From Chloroflexota bacterium (GTDB lineage Bacteria; Chloroflexota; UBA11872; VXNJ01): 64,000 nucleotides of DNA. The stretch is taken from NCBI GenBank assembly GCA_965203015.1, contig CBDBBM010000023.1, positions 64,308-128,307 of the forward strand. The letters run 5' to 3'. Position 1 is the first letter of the stretch; every line of letters starts with the position of its first letter. Shown piece after piece: positions 10,416 to 20,350 of this stretch. Under the pieces are notes generated by a model. The model had not been told where the DNA came from, made no database searches, and was given only the letters and a program-made list of their open reading frames with translations. A program made the translations under genes and the position numbers.

Positions 10416-11393
10416 TCATCCCTTGGGAATCTCGGCTTCGTCGGTGATGACGCTGCCGATTTCGCGCATCTGCTTGACCAGCCAGATCATTTTTTCGTAG
10501 TGGAAGTCGCGCAGCGTCTCCGGCGTTCCGGACCAGGTGTGGAAGCCCTGTCCGGCGCGCACCCCGTCCTTGCCCTGCTTGGACATTTCGGCCAGGTGAT
10601 TGGCGGCCAGGTTCTCCGGGTCGTCCAGCTGGGCGTAGAGGTAGGCTGCGACCTTGGCGTGGTTGATGATTCCGCCCAGGTCGCGTCCGCCCAGCGGGCC
10701 GACCGAGATAAAGCGCGCCCCGAATCCGTAGCGGACCGCGTTGTCGATGTCCTCGGCCGAGGCGATGCCGGTCGCGAACAGCTCGATCGCCTGTCGGGTC
10801 AGACCGTGCTGGAGCCGGTTGTGGACGAACCCGGGGATGTCCACGTTCACGGTGATCGCCGATTTCCCCATCTTCTCCCAGGCCGCCCGCGTCACCCTGA
10901 TCGCTTCCTCGTCTACCCTGGGGTGCTTGATCACCTCGACCAGCGGCAGGATGTGGGCCGGCAGGACAAAGTGCGAGCCGACCACCCGGGATGGGTGCGT
11001 GCAGGCGTCCGCCATGTGCCGGATCGGGATTCCGGAGGTGTTGGAGGCGATGATCGTGGCCGGATCGGTTACCTGGCCCAGCCGGCCGTACAGCTCCTCC
11101 TTGGCCTCGCGGTTCTCAAAGATCGCCTCGAGCACGAATTCGACTCCGTCGACCGCCTCTTCCAGGGTCGGGGCCGCCTCGATCCGGTCATAGACCGCGT
11201 CCGGTTCGCCGATCAGCAGGCCCTCGCCAGCAAGCTCGTCGACGTAGGTGCGCATGTCGCGCAGCGCGCGCTCGACGTTGGCCGGGTTCTGGTCGAAAAC
11301 CCTGACCCGCCCGCAGCCCTGGGCCAGCACCACGCCGATCTGGGGGCCGACGAGGCCGGCGCCGATAAGGGCTGCGTTTTCGAATACGGACAT
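10416..11393 (-). CDS. 3-hydroxyacyl-CoA (3-hydroxybutyryl-CoA) dehydrogenase family protein
   Basis: N-terminal Rossmann ...AALIGAGLVGPQIG... plus C-terminal 3HCDH-type domain. Confidence 0.85.
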   Translation of the reverse strand: MSVFENAALIGAGLVGPQIGVVLAQGCGRVRVFDQNPANVERALRDMRTYVDELAGEGLLIGEPDAVYDRIEAAPTLEEAVDGVEFVLEAIFENREAKEELYGRLGQVTDPATIIASNTSGIPIRHMADACTHPSRVVGSHFVLPAHILPLVEVIKHPRVDEEAIRVTRAAWEKMGKSAITVNVDIPGFVHNRLQHGLTRQAIELFATGIASAEDIDNAVRYGFGARFISVGPLGGRDLGGIINHAKVAAYLYAQLDDPENLAANHLAEMSKQGKDGVRAGQGFHTWSGTPETLRDFHYEKMIWLVKQMREIGSVITDEAEIPKG

Positions 11394-11495
11394 TTGCGTT
11401 CAGGTCCTGGTGGTGGATTTTGGGAAGTTCACGGGTGCGCCGATTTTGCGGCGGCCGTTACGATTTTCGACTCCGGCCGCTAGGCCCTTCTCGAA

Positions 11496-12785
11496 CTAGG
11501 GCAGGCCGGCGGGGCTCCGGGCCAGGAACGGCCAGTAGCTGGCGGGCGGTTCGACCGGCCCGGCCAGGATCGGGTCGTCGGTGCCCTCAAGGTGTTCCTG
11601 GAGCAGCGCGGCCAGTTCGGTCATTTGGTCGGACTGCCCGCCCGCGGCGGCCAGGTTGACCTGTTCGCGCGGATCGCTGACCAGGTCGTAGAGTTCGTAC
11701 TCGGGCCGCGGCAGCGAGCGCAGCTGCCAGCGCATGTGCGGGACGATCGGCGACTGGCGGATGTCGCCGGCCAGCTGCAGTCCCGGGCGCACCTCGAAAT
11801 TGCGGATCAGCTTGTGGGTCAGGGTGCGGACCGAGCGCATCGGTTCGTAGAAGTCGTGCCAGGTGGATTCGGAGAAGACGTGGTCGCGGCCCGCCGCCCC
11901 GCCGCGGATCGAATCCAGGAAACTGACCCCGTCGATCCCGTCCGGTATCCGGTCCGACTCCCCGGCCGCCTCCAGGAAGGTCGGCAGCAGGTCCACGTTC
12001 GAGGTCAGGCCGCCGTAGCGCGAGTTGGCAGGCAGCAGTCCGGGCCAGGAAAGCACCGCCCCGATGTGGCTGCCGCGGTCGGACAGCGTGCCCTTGGCCA
12101 ACGGCATGGCGATGCCGTGATCGGCGGTGAAGACCACCAGGGTGTTTGCGGTTTGCCCGGCCCGGTCCAGGGCTCCGAGTATCTGGCCCAGCGCCCAGTC
12201 GGCGCGGGCCACGTCGCCGTAGAAGTTCGACATTTCCTCCCTGGTCTCGGGGATGTCCGGCAGGAAGTAGGGCACCGGCAGGCTGTCCGGGTCGGGCCGG
12301 TCGGGCCAGCGGTCGGTGAAAACGCGGTGCGGCTCGAAGAACCCGGCCATTGCGAAGAAGGGTTCGGAGGCGTCGCGGGTCACGACGAACTCCTCCACGT
12401 TGGCGGCTACCAGCTCGCACTCGGATTCGGGGTCGAATATGTCAAAGCCCGAGGCATACGGCCGGTCGTTTACGTGCCAGGTCCCAAAGCAGGCGGTCTG
12501 GTAGCCGCCCTCGCGCAGGAGCGAGGCGATGGTCGGGATCGACGCGTCCATGTTCCAGAGCCCATGGTTCTGAAGGCCCATCAGGCCGTGGCGGTGCGGT
12601 ACCAGACCGGTGGCCATGCTGGCCCGCGAGGGCGAGCAGGTCGGCGCGGCGGCAAAATGGTTCTCCAAGACCACCCCGCCGGAAGCGAGGGTGTCGACAT
12701 TGGGCGTGACCGCGGAATTGTCCGGGTACGGGCCCATGTAGGCGCCGATGTCGTGGCAATGCACCAGCAGAATGTTTGGGCGCAC
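11496..12785 (-). CDS. sulfatase (arylsulfatase family)
   Basis: ...APTCSPSRASMATG... = C-x-P-x-R formylglycine motif of type I sulfatases. Confidence 0.9.
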   Translation of the reverse strand: MRPNILLVHCHDIGAYMGPYPDNSAVTPNVDTLASGGVVLENHFAAAPTCSPSRASMATGLVPHRHGLMGLQNHGLWNMDASIPTIASLLREGGYQTACFGTWHVNDRPYASGFDIFDPESECELVAANVEEFVVTRDASEPFFAMAGFFEPHRVFTDRWPDRPDPDSLPVPYFLPDIPETREEMSNFYGDVARADWALGQILGALDRAGQTANTLVVFTADHGIAMPLAKGTLSDRGSHIGAVLSWPGLLPANSRYGGLTSNVDLLPTFLEAAGESDRIPDGIDGVSFLDSIRGGAAGRDHVFSESTWHDFYEPMRSVRTLTHKLIRNFEVRPGLQLAGDIRQSPIVPHMRWQLRSLPRPEYELYDLVSDPREQVNLAAAGGQSDQMTELAALLQEHLEGTDDPILAGPVEPPASYWPFLARSPAGLP

Positions 12786-12916
12786 GGGGCAAGACCCTTC
12801 GGAGATTTGCGGGGGATTCCTTGAAGACCGAATACATTTTGGCCCCGGAGCCGGGGCGCCAGGAAAGGACCGCGAATGAATCGGCGTTGGGCGGGGCGAC
12901 CGTCAGGCGGTAACCC

Positions 12917-14806
12917 TTGACCTCCTCACGGCCCGGGCCGCTGCTCGAACTGACCCGGACCGGGCGCGCGGTTCAGCGACCGCTCGCCCTGGGAGAAGTC
13001 GAACTCGATGGCGGGTACCTTGAAAACTGGCGGGCGCCGATGCTCTCGGGCGGGATCGACCACCAGTGGCGCCAGCTCCAGCGCGAGGGGATGCTCGAGC
13101 GGTTCCGGCTGGCCGGGGAGGGACGCGCGCCGGCCGGGCGGGGCCGGATATTTGCCGGCGAGGCGCGCCTCTACAAGTGGCTGGAGGCGGCCTGCGTGAA
13201 GCAGGCCGAAGACCCGGACCGCATAACCGGGCGGCGCATCGCCGAAGCGGTCGAGGGGATCCTGGCGATCGCCGACGCCGACGGCTATCTCGGCCTGACC
13301 TACCCGGCCGAATTGGCCGGCCAGCGCTGGCGCGAACGGCCGCGCGGGCACGAGATTTTTGCCGCCGGGCACCTGATCCAGGCCGGACTGACCATGGATT
13401 CGGCGCTTGGGGACGACCGGCTGCTGCGCGCCGCCGAGGCTATGGCCGACCTGATCGGCGAGATGGCCCGCGCCGGCCAGCTGAGCGATTACCGCGATCA
13501 TCCATGCTGCGAGATGGCGTTGATCGAACTCTGGCGCCGAACCGGGCGTCGCCGCCACCTTGAAACCGCCGAATGCTTGATCTGGCTGCACGAAGGCACC
13601 GCCGGGTGGCCGGTTCGCGGACACGCCGTCTGCCTGACCTACTTCGCCGCCGCCCTGGCCGACGCCTACCTTGAAACCGGGCGCGAGTCCTACCTGGACT
13701 GGTCGCGGGGCTGGTGGACCGACGTTGCGGCGCGCAATTCCTACATCACCGGCGCGGTCGGGGGTCGGCCCTCGACCGAGTCATTCGGACGTCCCTACGA
13801 ACTACCCCACGAGGGGGCCTACGCCGAGTCCTGCGCGGCCATCGGGATGGTCATGTGGGCCCAGCGCATGCTCGCGGCCACCGGTCGAGGCGAATATGCC
13901 GACCAGTTGGAAACCAGCCTCTACAACGCCGTCCTGGCCGGAGTCAGCATCGACGGGGGCACCTATTTCTATGACTGCCCGCAGGCGCGCTTTGAGCCCG
14001 AGACCGATCCGCCCTGGCAGGAGCCGGCCGGCGAGCGGGTCGGCAGCGGCCGCCGGCGCAGCGAATGGTTCTTTGAGCGGGTGGCCTGCTGCCCACCCAA
14101 CCTGGCCCGCATCCTGGCCCAGCTGCCCGGCTATCTCTACGGATTCGACGGCCGGGATCTCTGGTTCAACCTGTACGCTCCATCGCGGATCAATCTGCCG
14201 GTCGGCGATCAACGGCTGCGCGCCCGCGTCGAAACCGGCTATCCCTATGAGGGCCATGTCCGGATAACTATCGCGGCGGCCCCGCCGCGATGCGGCCTGC
14301 GCCTGCGCCTGCCGGGCTGGTGCAACGGGGCCGGCCTGACCCGCAACGGCGATTCCCAGCCCCTGGTGGTTGAAGACGGCTTCCTGGTCGTCCCCGGCCC
14401 GCTGGCGGCCGGCGAGCGGATTGAACTGGGCCTGGACATGCCGGTGGAACTGACCCGCGCCGCCCCGCAGCTGCTGGAGGCGCGCGGCCAGGCCGCGATC
14501 GCGCGCGGCCCGCTCATCTACTGCCTGGAAAGCGCCGATCAGCCCGATGTCGACCTGCGCCAACTCCAGCTCCGGCCCGATGCGGCCCGGAGCGCCCGGC
14601 TGGAACCGGGACCGCTGGGTTCGCGCGCGATTCGGATCGCCGGGGCCCAGGCAGCACCCCAGCCGCAGCTCTACAGGCGCGGAGTACAACCGGCCGCTGA
14701 TTCGAAGCCGCGCGATCTGCTGGCGGTGCCCTTTGCGATCTGGGACAACCGCGGTCCCGGCCAGATGGCGATCTGGACCGCCCTGGCCCCGGATTTAGCA
14801 GACTGA
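12917..14806 (+). CDS. glycoside hydrolase family 127 (beta-L-arabinofuranosidase/DUF1680) protein
   Basis: 629 aa; ...ERVACCPPNLARI... matches the Cys-Cys-Pro-x-Asn zinc/nucleophile motif characteristic of GH127. Confidence 0.75.
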   Translation: MTSSRPGPLLELTRTGRAVQRPLALGEVELDGGYLENWRAPMLSGGIDHQWRQLQREGMLERFRLAGEGRAPAGRGRIFAGEARLYKWLEAACVKQAEDPDRITGRRIAEAVEGILAIADADGYLGLTYPAELAGQRWRERPRGHEIFAAGHLIQAGLTMDSALGDDRLLRAAEAMADLIGEMARAGQLSDYRDHPCCEMALIELWRRTGRRRHLETAECLIWLHEGTAGWPVRGHAVCLTYFAAALADAYLETGRESYLDWSRGWWTDVAARNSYITGAVGGRPSTESFGRPYELPHEGAYAESCAAIGMVMWAQRMLAATGRGEYADQLETSLYNAVLAGVSIDGGTYFYDCPQARFEPETDPPWQEPAGERVGSGRRRSEWFFERVACCPPNLARILAQLPGYLYGFDGRDLWFNLYAPSRINLPVGDQRLRARVETGYPYEGHVRITIAAAPPRCGLRLRLPGWCNGAGLTRNGDSQPLVVEDGFLVVPGPLAAGERIELGLDMPVELTRAAPQLLEARGQAAIARGPLIYCLESADQPDVDLRQLQLRPDAARSARLEPGPLGSRAIRIAGAQAAPQPQLYRRGVQPAADSKPRDLLAVPFAIWDNRGPGQMAIWTALAPDLAD

Positions 14807-14854
14807 TAAAGCGACTTCCTACCGGACTCCGCAAACACTTGAGGGAAGCACCCA

Positions 14855-15427
14855 ATGCAAGTAACCGATGCAATCGCTGGCCGCCGCAGCGTCAACCGGC
14901 TCACCGACCGGATACCCGGGCGGGCCGAGATCGAGAAGATGATCGAGGCGGCGACCTGGGCGCCGAACCACCGTTTCACGCAGCCGTGGCGATTCCACGT
15001 AATCGCCGGAGAGGACCGTCAGCGGTTCGGTGAGCACCTTGCCGAGGCCAAGCTGGGGCGCTGTCCGCCGCAGAGCGACGCCGACCGGGCCGCCCTGAAA
15101 AAGACCGCCGGCCTGTTTCTGCGGGCCCCGCTGGTGATCGCAGTCTCGGTGGCGCGTTCGACCGACCGGGTCCAGGACCTTGAGGACTACGGCGCGGCCT
15201 GCGCGGCCATCCAGAACATGCTGTTGGCAGCCTGGGAGATGGGGATCGTCTCCAAATGGCGCACTGGCGATGCGGCCCAGGACCCGGCCGCGCGCGACTA
15301 TCTCGGCGCCGGGCCCAACGATCGCATCGCTGGATACATTTACCTGGGTTATCCGGCCGCCGGACCTATCCCGCCGCCGCGCGAACGCGACTCTGACGTG
15401 ATCGATTGGCGGTCACTGCAGGATTAG
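14855..15427 (+). CDS. nitroreductase family protein
   Basis: 190 aa; ...RRSVNRLTD...PNHRFTQPWRFHVI... typical NfsB/FRase fold signature. Confidence 0.85.
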   Translation: MQVTDAIAGRRSVNRLTDRIPGRAEIEKMIEAATWAPNHRFTQPWRFHVIAGEDRQRFGEHLAEAKLGRCPPQSDADRAALKKTAGLFLRAPLVIAVSVARSTDRVQDLEDYGAACAAIQNMLLAAWEMGIVSKWRTGDAAQDPAARDYLGAGPNDRIAGYIYLGYPAAGPIPPPRERDSDVIDWRSLQD

Positions 15428-15716
15428 GGTCCTGCGCGGCGGAATCTCCCGCCCGATCAGCCAGGCACGCCGAATTTGCGAGTCGTGCACTGGTCTATGT
15501 GGCTGCTGCGGTTCGGGATTTGACGCAAGGCTTCCGCGCGCCAATGTGCGCCGGATGGAGGTCTACTGATCACTCGGGTAGACATATAAGGCGCTTACAT
15601 ACCTAAGTGCCCAAACTGGAAAAGCTCCTGGCGGAACCGCCTCAGTCCAGGCAAGCATCGTAGTCGAAAAACTTGTAACCCTTAAAGAATGGGGGCGAAT
15701 GTCGGCGGACACGAAA

Positions 15717-15773
15717 AACTGCCCACTGACGGACACGAGAAACTGCCCACCCACGGCCATCAGAACTGCCCAC
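15717..15773 (+). repeat. three direct AACTGCCCAC subterminal repeats (IS21 left-end multiple terminal repeats)
   Basis: aactgcccac at 15717-15726, 15741-15750, 15764-15773, spaced 23-24 bp; inverted copy gtgggcagtt at the right end. Confidence 0.75.
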
Positions 15774-15917
15774 GGGCGGCCATCTGGAGCGACTTTATAG
15801 AGCTGATTCCTCGCACGAACCGATAAGTACCCGCCGGGAGCGGTTGCCCCCGGCGGAAGCTCCCTCGGCCTAACTTGCTGGAGTACCAAACCCAGCTCCG
15901 TTAAGCGGAGGTCGCTT

Positions 15918-17420
15918 GTGAAATCTAGCGAGGAAGCAATGGAAATTCTCGAGGCCTACGACCGCACGCTGTCGCTGCGGGCCGCGGCCGATCTGGCCGG
16001 GTGCTCGCACCACACCGTCGCAAGGTACGTCCGGCTGCGCGCACAAGGCCGGTCGCCGGGACCGGCGACCCGTTCCCGCAAGTCCATCATCGAACCCTTC
16101 CGGCCCAAGATCGAGGAGTGGGTCGCCCACTCGGGCGGCAGGATCCGCGCCGACGTCTGCCACCGCTGGCTTACGGACATGGACTACTCCGGATCGAAGC
16201 GCACCGTCCGCCGGGCGGTGGCCGAGGCCAAGCGGGCCTGGCGCCGGGACAACCGCCGCGTTTACCGCCCCTGGATCACCGAGCCGGGCATGTGGGCGCA
16301 GTGGGACTGGGGTGACGCCGGCCCGATCGTTGGCGGGAGGCAGACCTATCTCTTCTGCTGCTGGCTGGCCTGGTCGCGCTACCGGGTGGTGATACCGACC
16401 CGCGACCGCAAGATGGAGACCCTCATCTGCTGCCTCGACCAGGCGATGCGCGCCTTCGGCGGGGTTCCCACCTACTGGCTGACCGACAACGAGCGCACCG
16501 TCACCAGCGACTACGTGGCCGGCCTGGGGGTCAGGAACCGGCAGCTGGCCGCCTGCGCGGCCCATTACGGCTGCCGGGTCCTGGCCTGCGAGCGCGCCGA
16601 CCCGCAGAGCAAGGGCGGGTCGGAGAACTGTGTGAAATTGGCCAAGGCCGACCTGGTCCCCACCGACGCCAACCTCCTGCCCGGGTACGGTTCCTGGGAG
16701 GACCTGCTCGACGAGTGCGAGGCCTTCCTGGTCAGGGTCAACGCCCGCGAGCACCGGGTGACCGGCGAGCCGCCGGTCGAGCGGCTGGGGCGCGAGCGCG
16801 GCCGCCTCAACCCCCTGCCGGCCGAACCCTTCACGCCCGTCTTCGGCCAGACCCGCCGGGTCTCCGACGACGCGGTGGTCACCTACCAGGGCTCGCGCTA
16901 CTCGGTGCCGCACGCCCTGGCCGACGAAACAGTCTGGGTACGCGAGCAGTCCGACGAGCTGATCGTGACCGCCGATGACGGGTCCGGCCTGCGCGAGGTG
17001 GCCCGGCACGCCCTGGCCGGCAAGGGCCGGCAGGTGGTTGACGAGAGCCACTACACCGACCGGCCGCCGGGACCGCTGGCGCGCCGCCCGCGGCCGCGCA
17101 ACGACGCCGAGAAGGAGTTCCTTGACATCGGCCCCAACGCCGAGCGCTGGCTGGTCGCGGCCGCCGCCGCCGGTTCCCCGCAATTGAGGCGCAAGCTCGA
17201 GGAGATCGTCACCCTGGCCCGGCTCGGCGGCGCCGAAGAGGTCGACCTGGCCCTCGGGGTGGCGGCCAGCTGCGGGTGCTTCGGCTTCGGCGACGTCGCC
17301 TCGATCATGGCCGTCGCCGCCACCGGCCCGCAGTACCGGGCCCGCCCCGAATCCTTCCTGCAGGAGGGCACCCGGGCCTGGAAGGACTTCGGCCTGACCG
17401 ACGGGGAGGCCCGGGAATGA
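15918..17420 (+). CDS. istA: IS21-family transposase IstA
   Basis: 500 aa; N-terminal HTH, DDE core ...WQWDWGD...CCWLAWSRYR...; stop overlaps istB start (ATGA). Confidence 0.9.
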   Translation: MKSSEEAMEILEAYDRTLSLRAAADLAGCSHHTVARYVRLRAQGRSPGPATRSRKSIIEPFRPKIEEWVAHSGGRIRADVCHRWLTDMDYSGSKRTVRRAVAEAKRAWRRDNRRVYRPWITEPGMWAQWDWGDAGPIVGGRQTYLFCCWLAWSRYRVVIPTRDRKMETLICCLDQAMRAFGGVPTYWLTDNERTVTSDYVAGLGVRNRQLAACAAHYGCRVLACERADPQSKGGSENCVKLAKADLVPTDANLLPGYGSWEDLLDECEAFLVRVNAREHRVTGEPPVERLGRERGRLNPLPAEPFTPVFGQTRRVSDDAVVTYQGSRYSVPHALADETVWVREQSDELIVTADDGSGLREVARHALAGKGRQVVDESHYTDRPPGPLARRPRPRNDAEKEFLDIGPNAERWLVAAAAAGSPQLRRKLEEIVTLARLGGAEEVDLALGVAASCGCFGFGDVASIMAVAATGPQYRARPESFLQEGTRAWKDFGLTDGEARE

Positions 17421-18181
17421 GCGCCAAGACGATAGAGAAGGTCGTGGACCAGCTCCGGACCCTGCGCCTGCCGTACATGCGCAAGGCGGCCCCGGAACTG
17501 CTGAAGACCGCCAGGTCGCAGCGCTGGGACCCGGCCGAAGCCGTCACCGCGCTGCTGGCCGAGGAGATACGGGGCCGGTCGGCGTCCTCGGTGCGGATGC
17601 GCCGCCAGGCGGCCGGGTTCCCCTCCGGCAAGACGTTCCACACCTGGGACGAGGAGATCTCCTCGATCCCTGGGCCCACCCAGCGCGCGCTGATGACGCT
17701 GGAGTGGATGGAGCGGGGCGAGAACCTGGTCGTCTGCGGGCCGTCCGGGACCGGCAAGAGCCATTTCCTGGAAGCGCTGGGCCAGCGGGCGGTCGAGCGC
17801 GGCAGCCGGGTGCTCTGGTACTCGCTGGAGGATCTGGGGCAGCTGGTCAAGCGCCACAGCGCCGATCAGTCGATCGCCCGGGCGCTGCAGAAGATCCTTA
17901 AGGCCGACCTGATCGTGATCGACGACATCGGCCTGCTGCCGGTCGCCCAGGAGACCGCCGAGGCGTTCTTCCGGCTGATCGACGCCGCCTACGAGCGGAG
18001 GTCGGTGGCGCTGTCCTCGAACCTGCACCCCTCGCGGCTGGACGAACTCATGCCCAAGCAGCTGGCCACGGCCGCGACCGATCGGCTGCTGCATCACGCC
18101 CACCTGGTCCAGACCGAGGGCGAGTCGATCCGCCTCACCCAGGCCCTGGCCGGGAAGGGGGTCGGCATGCCGCTGGCCTGA
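17417..18181 (+). CDS. istB: IS21-family helper ATPase IstB
   Basis: ...LVVCGPSGTGKSHFLEALG... Walker A; ...LIVIDDIGL... Walker B; DnaA-like AAA+. Confidence 0.9.
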   Translation: MSAKTIEKVVDQLRTLRLPYMRKAAPELLKTARSQRWDPAEAVTALLAEEIRGRSASSVRMRRQAAGFPSGKTFHTWDEEISSIPGPTQRALMTLEWMERGENLVVCGPSGTGKSHFLEALGQRAVERGSRVLWYSLEDLGQLVKRHSADQSIARALQKILKADLIVIDDIGLLPVAQETAEAFFRLIDAAYERRSVALSSNLHPSRLDELMPKQLATAATDRLLHHAHLVQTEGESIRLTQALAGKGVGMPLA

Positions 18182-18552
18182 AATCCCGCCCGTGCCAACG
18201 ACGGCCCCTTCCCATGCCGGGAACGGGGCCGTCGGCGCGTTAACGGCGCGAGTCCGCCCCAGCGGAAGGCCGAATGCGCGGTCCGGGGCTATCGCGGGCT
18301 GGTCGTCCCAGGTCCCAAATCGGCCCAATAGAGCCGTTTTTGGCCGATTGGTCCAAAAACATGGCTGCTGTGCGGCCCGTAGAGCGGTTCCCGGCGACCT
18401 TCATGACCCGCAACCCGCGCAAAAAACGCCGCCGTGGACCCGGAATTGGCAGAATCGATCCGGATGAGATCGCCGCCGGACCGGACGGGAGGGCGGATAC
18501 GGTGGTCGCGGCAGGCGCCAATCGCGAGGCGATCAGCTCCGAATCGGAGCTT

Positions 18553-18586
18553 CATCAGAACTGCCCACCGGTGGGCAGTTCTGATG
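18553..18586 (+). repeat. 34-bp perfect palindrome catcagaactgcccacc|ggtgggcagttctgatg inside IS21 right end
   Basis: direct and inverted copies of the terminal repeat abutted with zero spacer. Confidence 0.7.
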
Positions 18587-18877
18587 GCCATAAACGTGCA
18601 CGACTGATGTCCGCCGCCGGGCAGAACTCAATGTCCGCCGCCAGGCGAACGCGGCTCATGCGGAATCTTGCCCCGGCGTATCCCCAGTGCCTGTATCCGC
18701 CCCTGGCTTCGACTGGACTGGCACGGGTTCACCTGCCTTCCGTCATCACCGCACCGTTCTTGCCGTCCCACCAATGACCGGATGGCCGCATCGCCGGCGT
18801 TAATTGCCGCATCGGCTGCGGATCACGTATACTTTACGCCTTTGTAACAGTATCCATGCGTAATCCATACAGGGGCA

Positions 18878-20023
18878 ATGCCAGGCACCTTCCGCACCTA
18901 CCAGCACCGCGGCCACGTCACCCGCCGCGGCTGCGATCGCCTCAACCTGGTGCTCTCGGGCTGCGCGGAACTGTACAACGCCGAACTCGAACACTGGCGA
19001 ACTTCCTACAAGCAGACCGGGGAGAGCGATTCGCTGTTCGATCGCATGAAGGCGTTCACCGTCGCCCGCAACCAGGATCCGTTCTGGCAGGGCCTTTCGG
19101 TTTTCGTGGGCCGCGGCGTGCTGGCCCGCGCCGACCGGGCCAGGAAGGCGTTCTACCGCCGGGTCAAGGATGGCGAGAAGCCCGGCTATCCGCGCTTCAA
19201 GCCCCATCACCGCTACCGCACCATCCAACTGGAACAGACCACCCCTGCCATGGTCAAGCCCGACAGGCGCGGTTACGCGGTCAGGGTCAAGGGCTTGCCG
19301 GTGGTCAGGATCCGGACCCGGCGGGAGTTGCCGCCATCGGAAGACCTGAAATCCATCCGCATCACTTTCAGGGGCAGGCGCGTGAGTGTAAGCCTGGTCT
19401 ACGCGGTCGACCTGGAACCGTTGCCCCACAACCCGGCCAGGGTAGGCCTGGACATGGGGGTCATATCGCGAATCACCGCCAGCGATGGCGAGAAGATAGA
19501 GCGTCGCAGTGTCGACCGCGAGGATATCGCCCGCAAACAGCGGCGCCTGTCAGTGTGCAGGAAGGGAAGTCGCCGTTTCCGGGAGCGCCGCCGCATCCTG
19601 GCCAACGCGCACGATAGGGCCCGGGTTCGTGACCGGAACGAGTGCCACCGGACCACCACCGATCTTGTCCGGCGCTACGGGCTGATCGCGGTGGAGAAGC
19701 TCGATAAAAAGAAGATGACCAGATCGGGCGGGGCGCGCAAGCGTGCGCTTAACCGATCCATCATGGAACAAACCTGGGGACGAATCATCAGTCAGCTGAT
19801 CTACAAGGCAGCGTGGGCCGGAGAGCTTCTATTCGTTGACCCCAGGAACACCTCGCAGCGCTGCTCGCGCTGTGGTGCTACGGTGAAGAAGGGCCTCTCA
19901 GTTAGAAGGCACGTCTGTGAATGCGGTCTGGACCTTGACCGCGATCACAACGCGGCCATCAATATCCTGCAGAAGGCCCGCGCGGGTGGGACTTTTCCCG
20001 CGGCCGTCCCGGAGACGGCATAA
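18878..20023 (+). CDS. tnpB: IS200/IS605-family TnpB (OrfB) RNA-guided endonuclease homologue; no tnpA nearby
   Basis: 381 aa; C-terminal ...CSRCGATVKKGLSVRRHVCECGLDLDRDHNAAINI... zinc-finger interrupting RuvC-III, typical of TnpB/IS1341. Confidence 0.85.
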   Translation: MPGTFRTYQHRGHVTRRGCDRLNLVLSGCAELYNAELEHWRTSYKQTGESDSLFDRMKAFTVARNQDPFWQGLSVFVGRGVLARADRARKAFYRRVKDGEKPGYPRFKPHHRYRTIQLEQTTPAMVKPDRRGYAVRVKGLPVVRIRTRRELPPSEDLKSIRITFRGRRVSVSLVYAVDLEPLPHNPARVGLDMGVISRITASDGEKIERRSVDREDIARKQRRLSVCRKGSRRFRERRRILANAHDRARVRDRNECHRTTTDLVRRYGLIAVEKLDKKKMTRSGGARKRALNRSIMEQTWGRIISQLIYKAAWAGELLFVDPRNTSQRCSRCGATVKKGLSVRRHVCECGLDLDRDHNAAINILQKARAGGTFPAAVPETA

Positions 20024-20105
20024 CTGTATTCAAGGTGGCGCGGATTCGTGGCACTTTTGTATACAAACCCCATATATAAAAAAGATGGCATCTGGGATTC
20101 GGGGG
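19880..20105 (+). ncRNA. putative TnpB omega-RNA (right-end element RNA) region
   Basis: Inferred from position only: the omega-RNA of IS605-type TnpB overlaps the 3' end of tnpB and the right end; the tail here (20030-20105) is AT-rich and unlike the surrounding genome. Confidence 0.3.
20057..20066 (+). promoter_or_regulatory. perfect 10-bp palindrome TTGTATACAA in AT-rich mazEF upstream region (candidate MazE/MazF operator or promoter element)
   Basis: self-complementary sequence ~45 bp upstream of mazE start; surrounding ttttgtatacaaaccccatatataaaaaag resembles a -35/-10 pair. Confidence 0.35.
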
Positions 20106-20110
20106 ATTTG

Positions 20111-20350
20111 ATGGGCGCGAAATCGCATATTTCGAAATGGGGCACCAGCCTTGCGATTCGAATACCTAAAGCAATCGCCGAGCAATGCGGCGTGGAAGAA
20201 GGATCTCCAGTCGAGATCATCGCGCAGGGCGATTGCATTCTTTTGCGCAAGCGGCGATACGATCTTGACGCACTGATCGCGGAAATGTCACCGGATCGGC
20301 AGCACCCCGAGATTGATTGGGGGCGCCCCGAGGGCGCTGAAGTCTGGTGA
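20111..20350 (+). CDS. mazE: MazE/AbrB-type antitoxin
   Basis: ...SKWGTSLAIRIPKAIAE...GSPVEI... SpoVT/AbrB swapped-hairpin motif; internal ATG at 20111 preferred over the tracked start at 20048. Confidence 0.8.
   Translation: MGAKSHISKWGTSLAIRIPKAIAEQCGVEEGSPVEIIAQGDCILLRKRRYDLDALIAEMSPDRQHPEIDWGRPEGAEVW

Larger units (their letters stand above)
15700..18643 (+). mobile_element. IS21-family insertion sequence (istA-istB), apparently intact, flanked by 6-bp direct repeat GGCGAA
   Basis: Termini TGTCGGCGGACA-N7-CTGCCC (left, 15700..) and inverted GGGCAG-N7-TGTCCGCCGCCA (right, ..18643), i.e. TG...CA ends; identical GGCGAA at 15694-15699 and 18644-18649; multiple internal terminal repeats; IstA and IstB ORFs inside. 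Confidence 0.8.

Noticed and set aside
8610-11483. 957-aa ORF on + strand
   Set aside because: Runs antisense across three confidently identified minus-strand genes (nuclease, AKR, HBD); low-complexity Gly/Val/Arg-rich; artefact of high GC.
15870-18328. 437-aa and 425-aa minus-strand ORFs
   Set aside because: Antisense to istA and istB of the IS21 element; Arg/Gly/Pro-rich junk frames.
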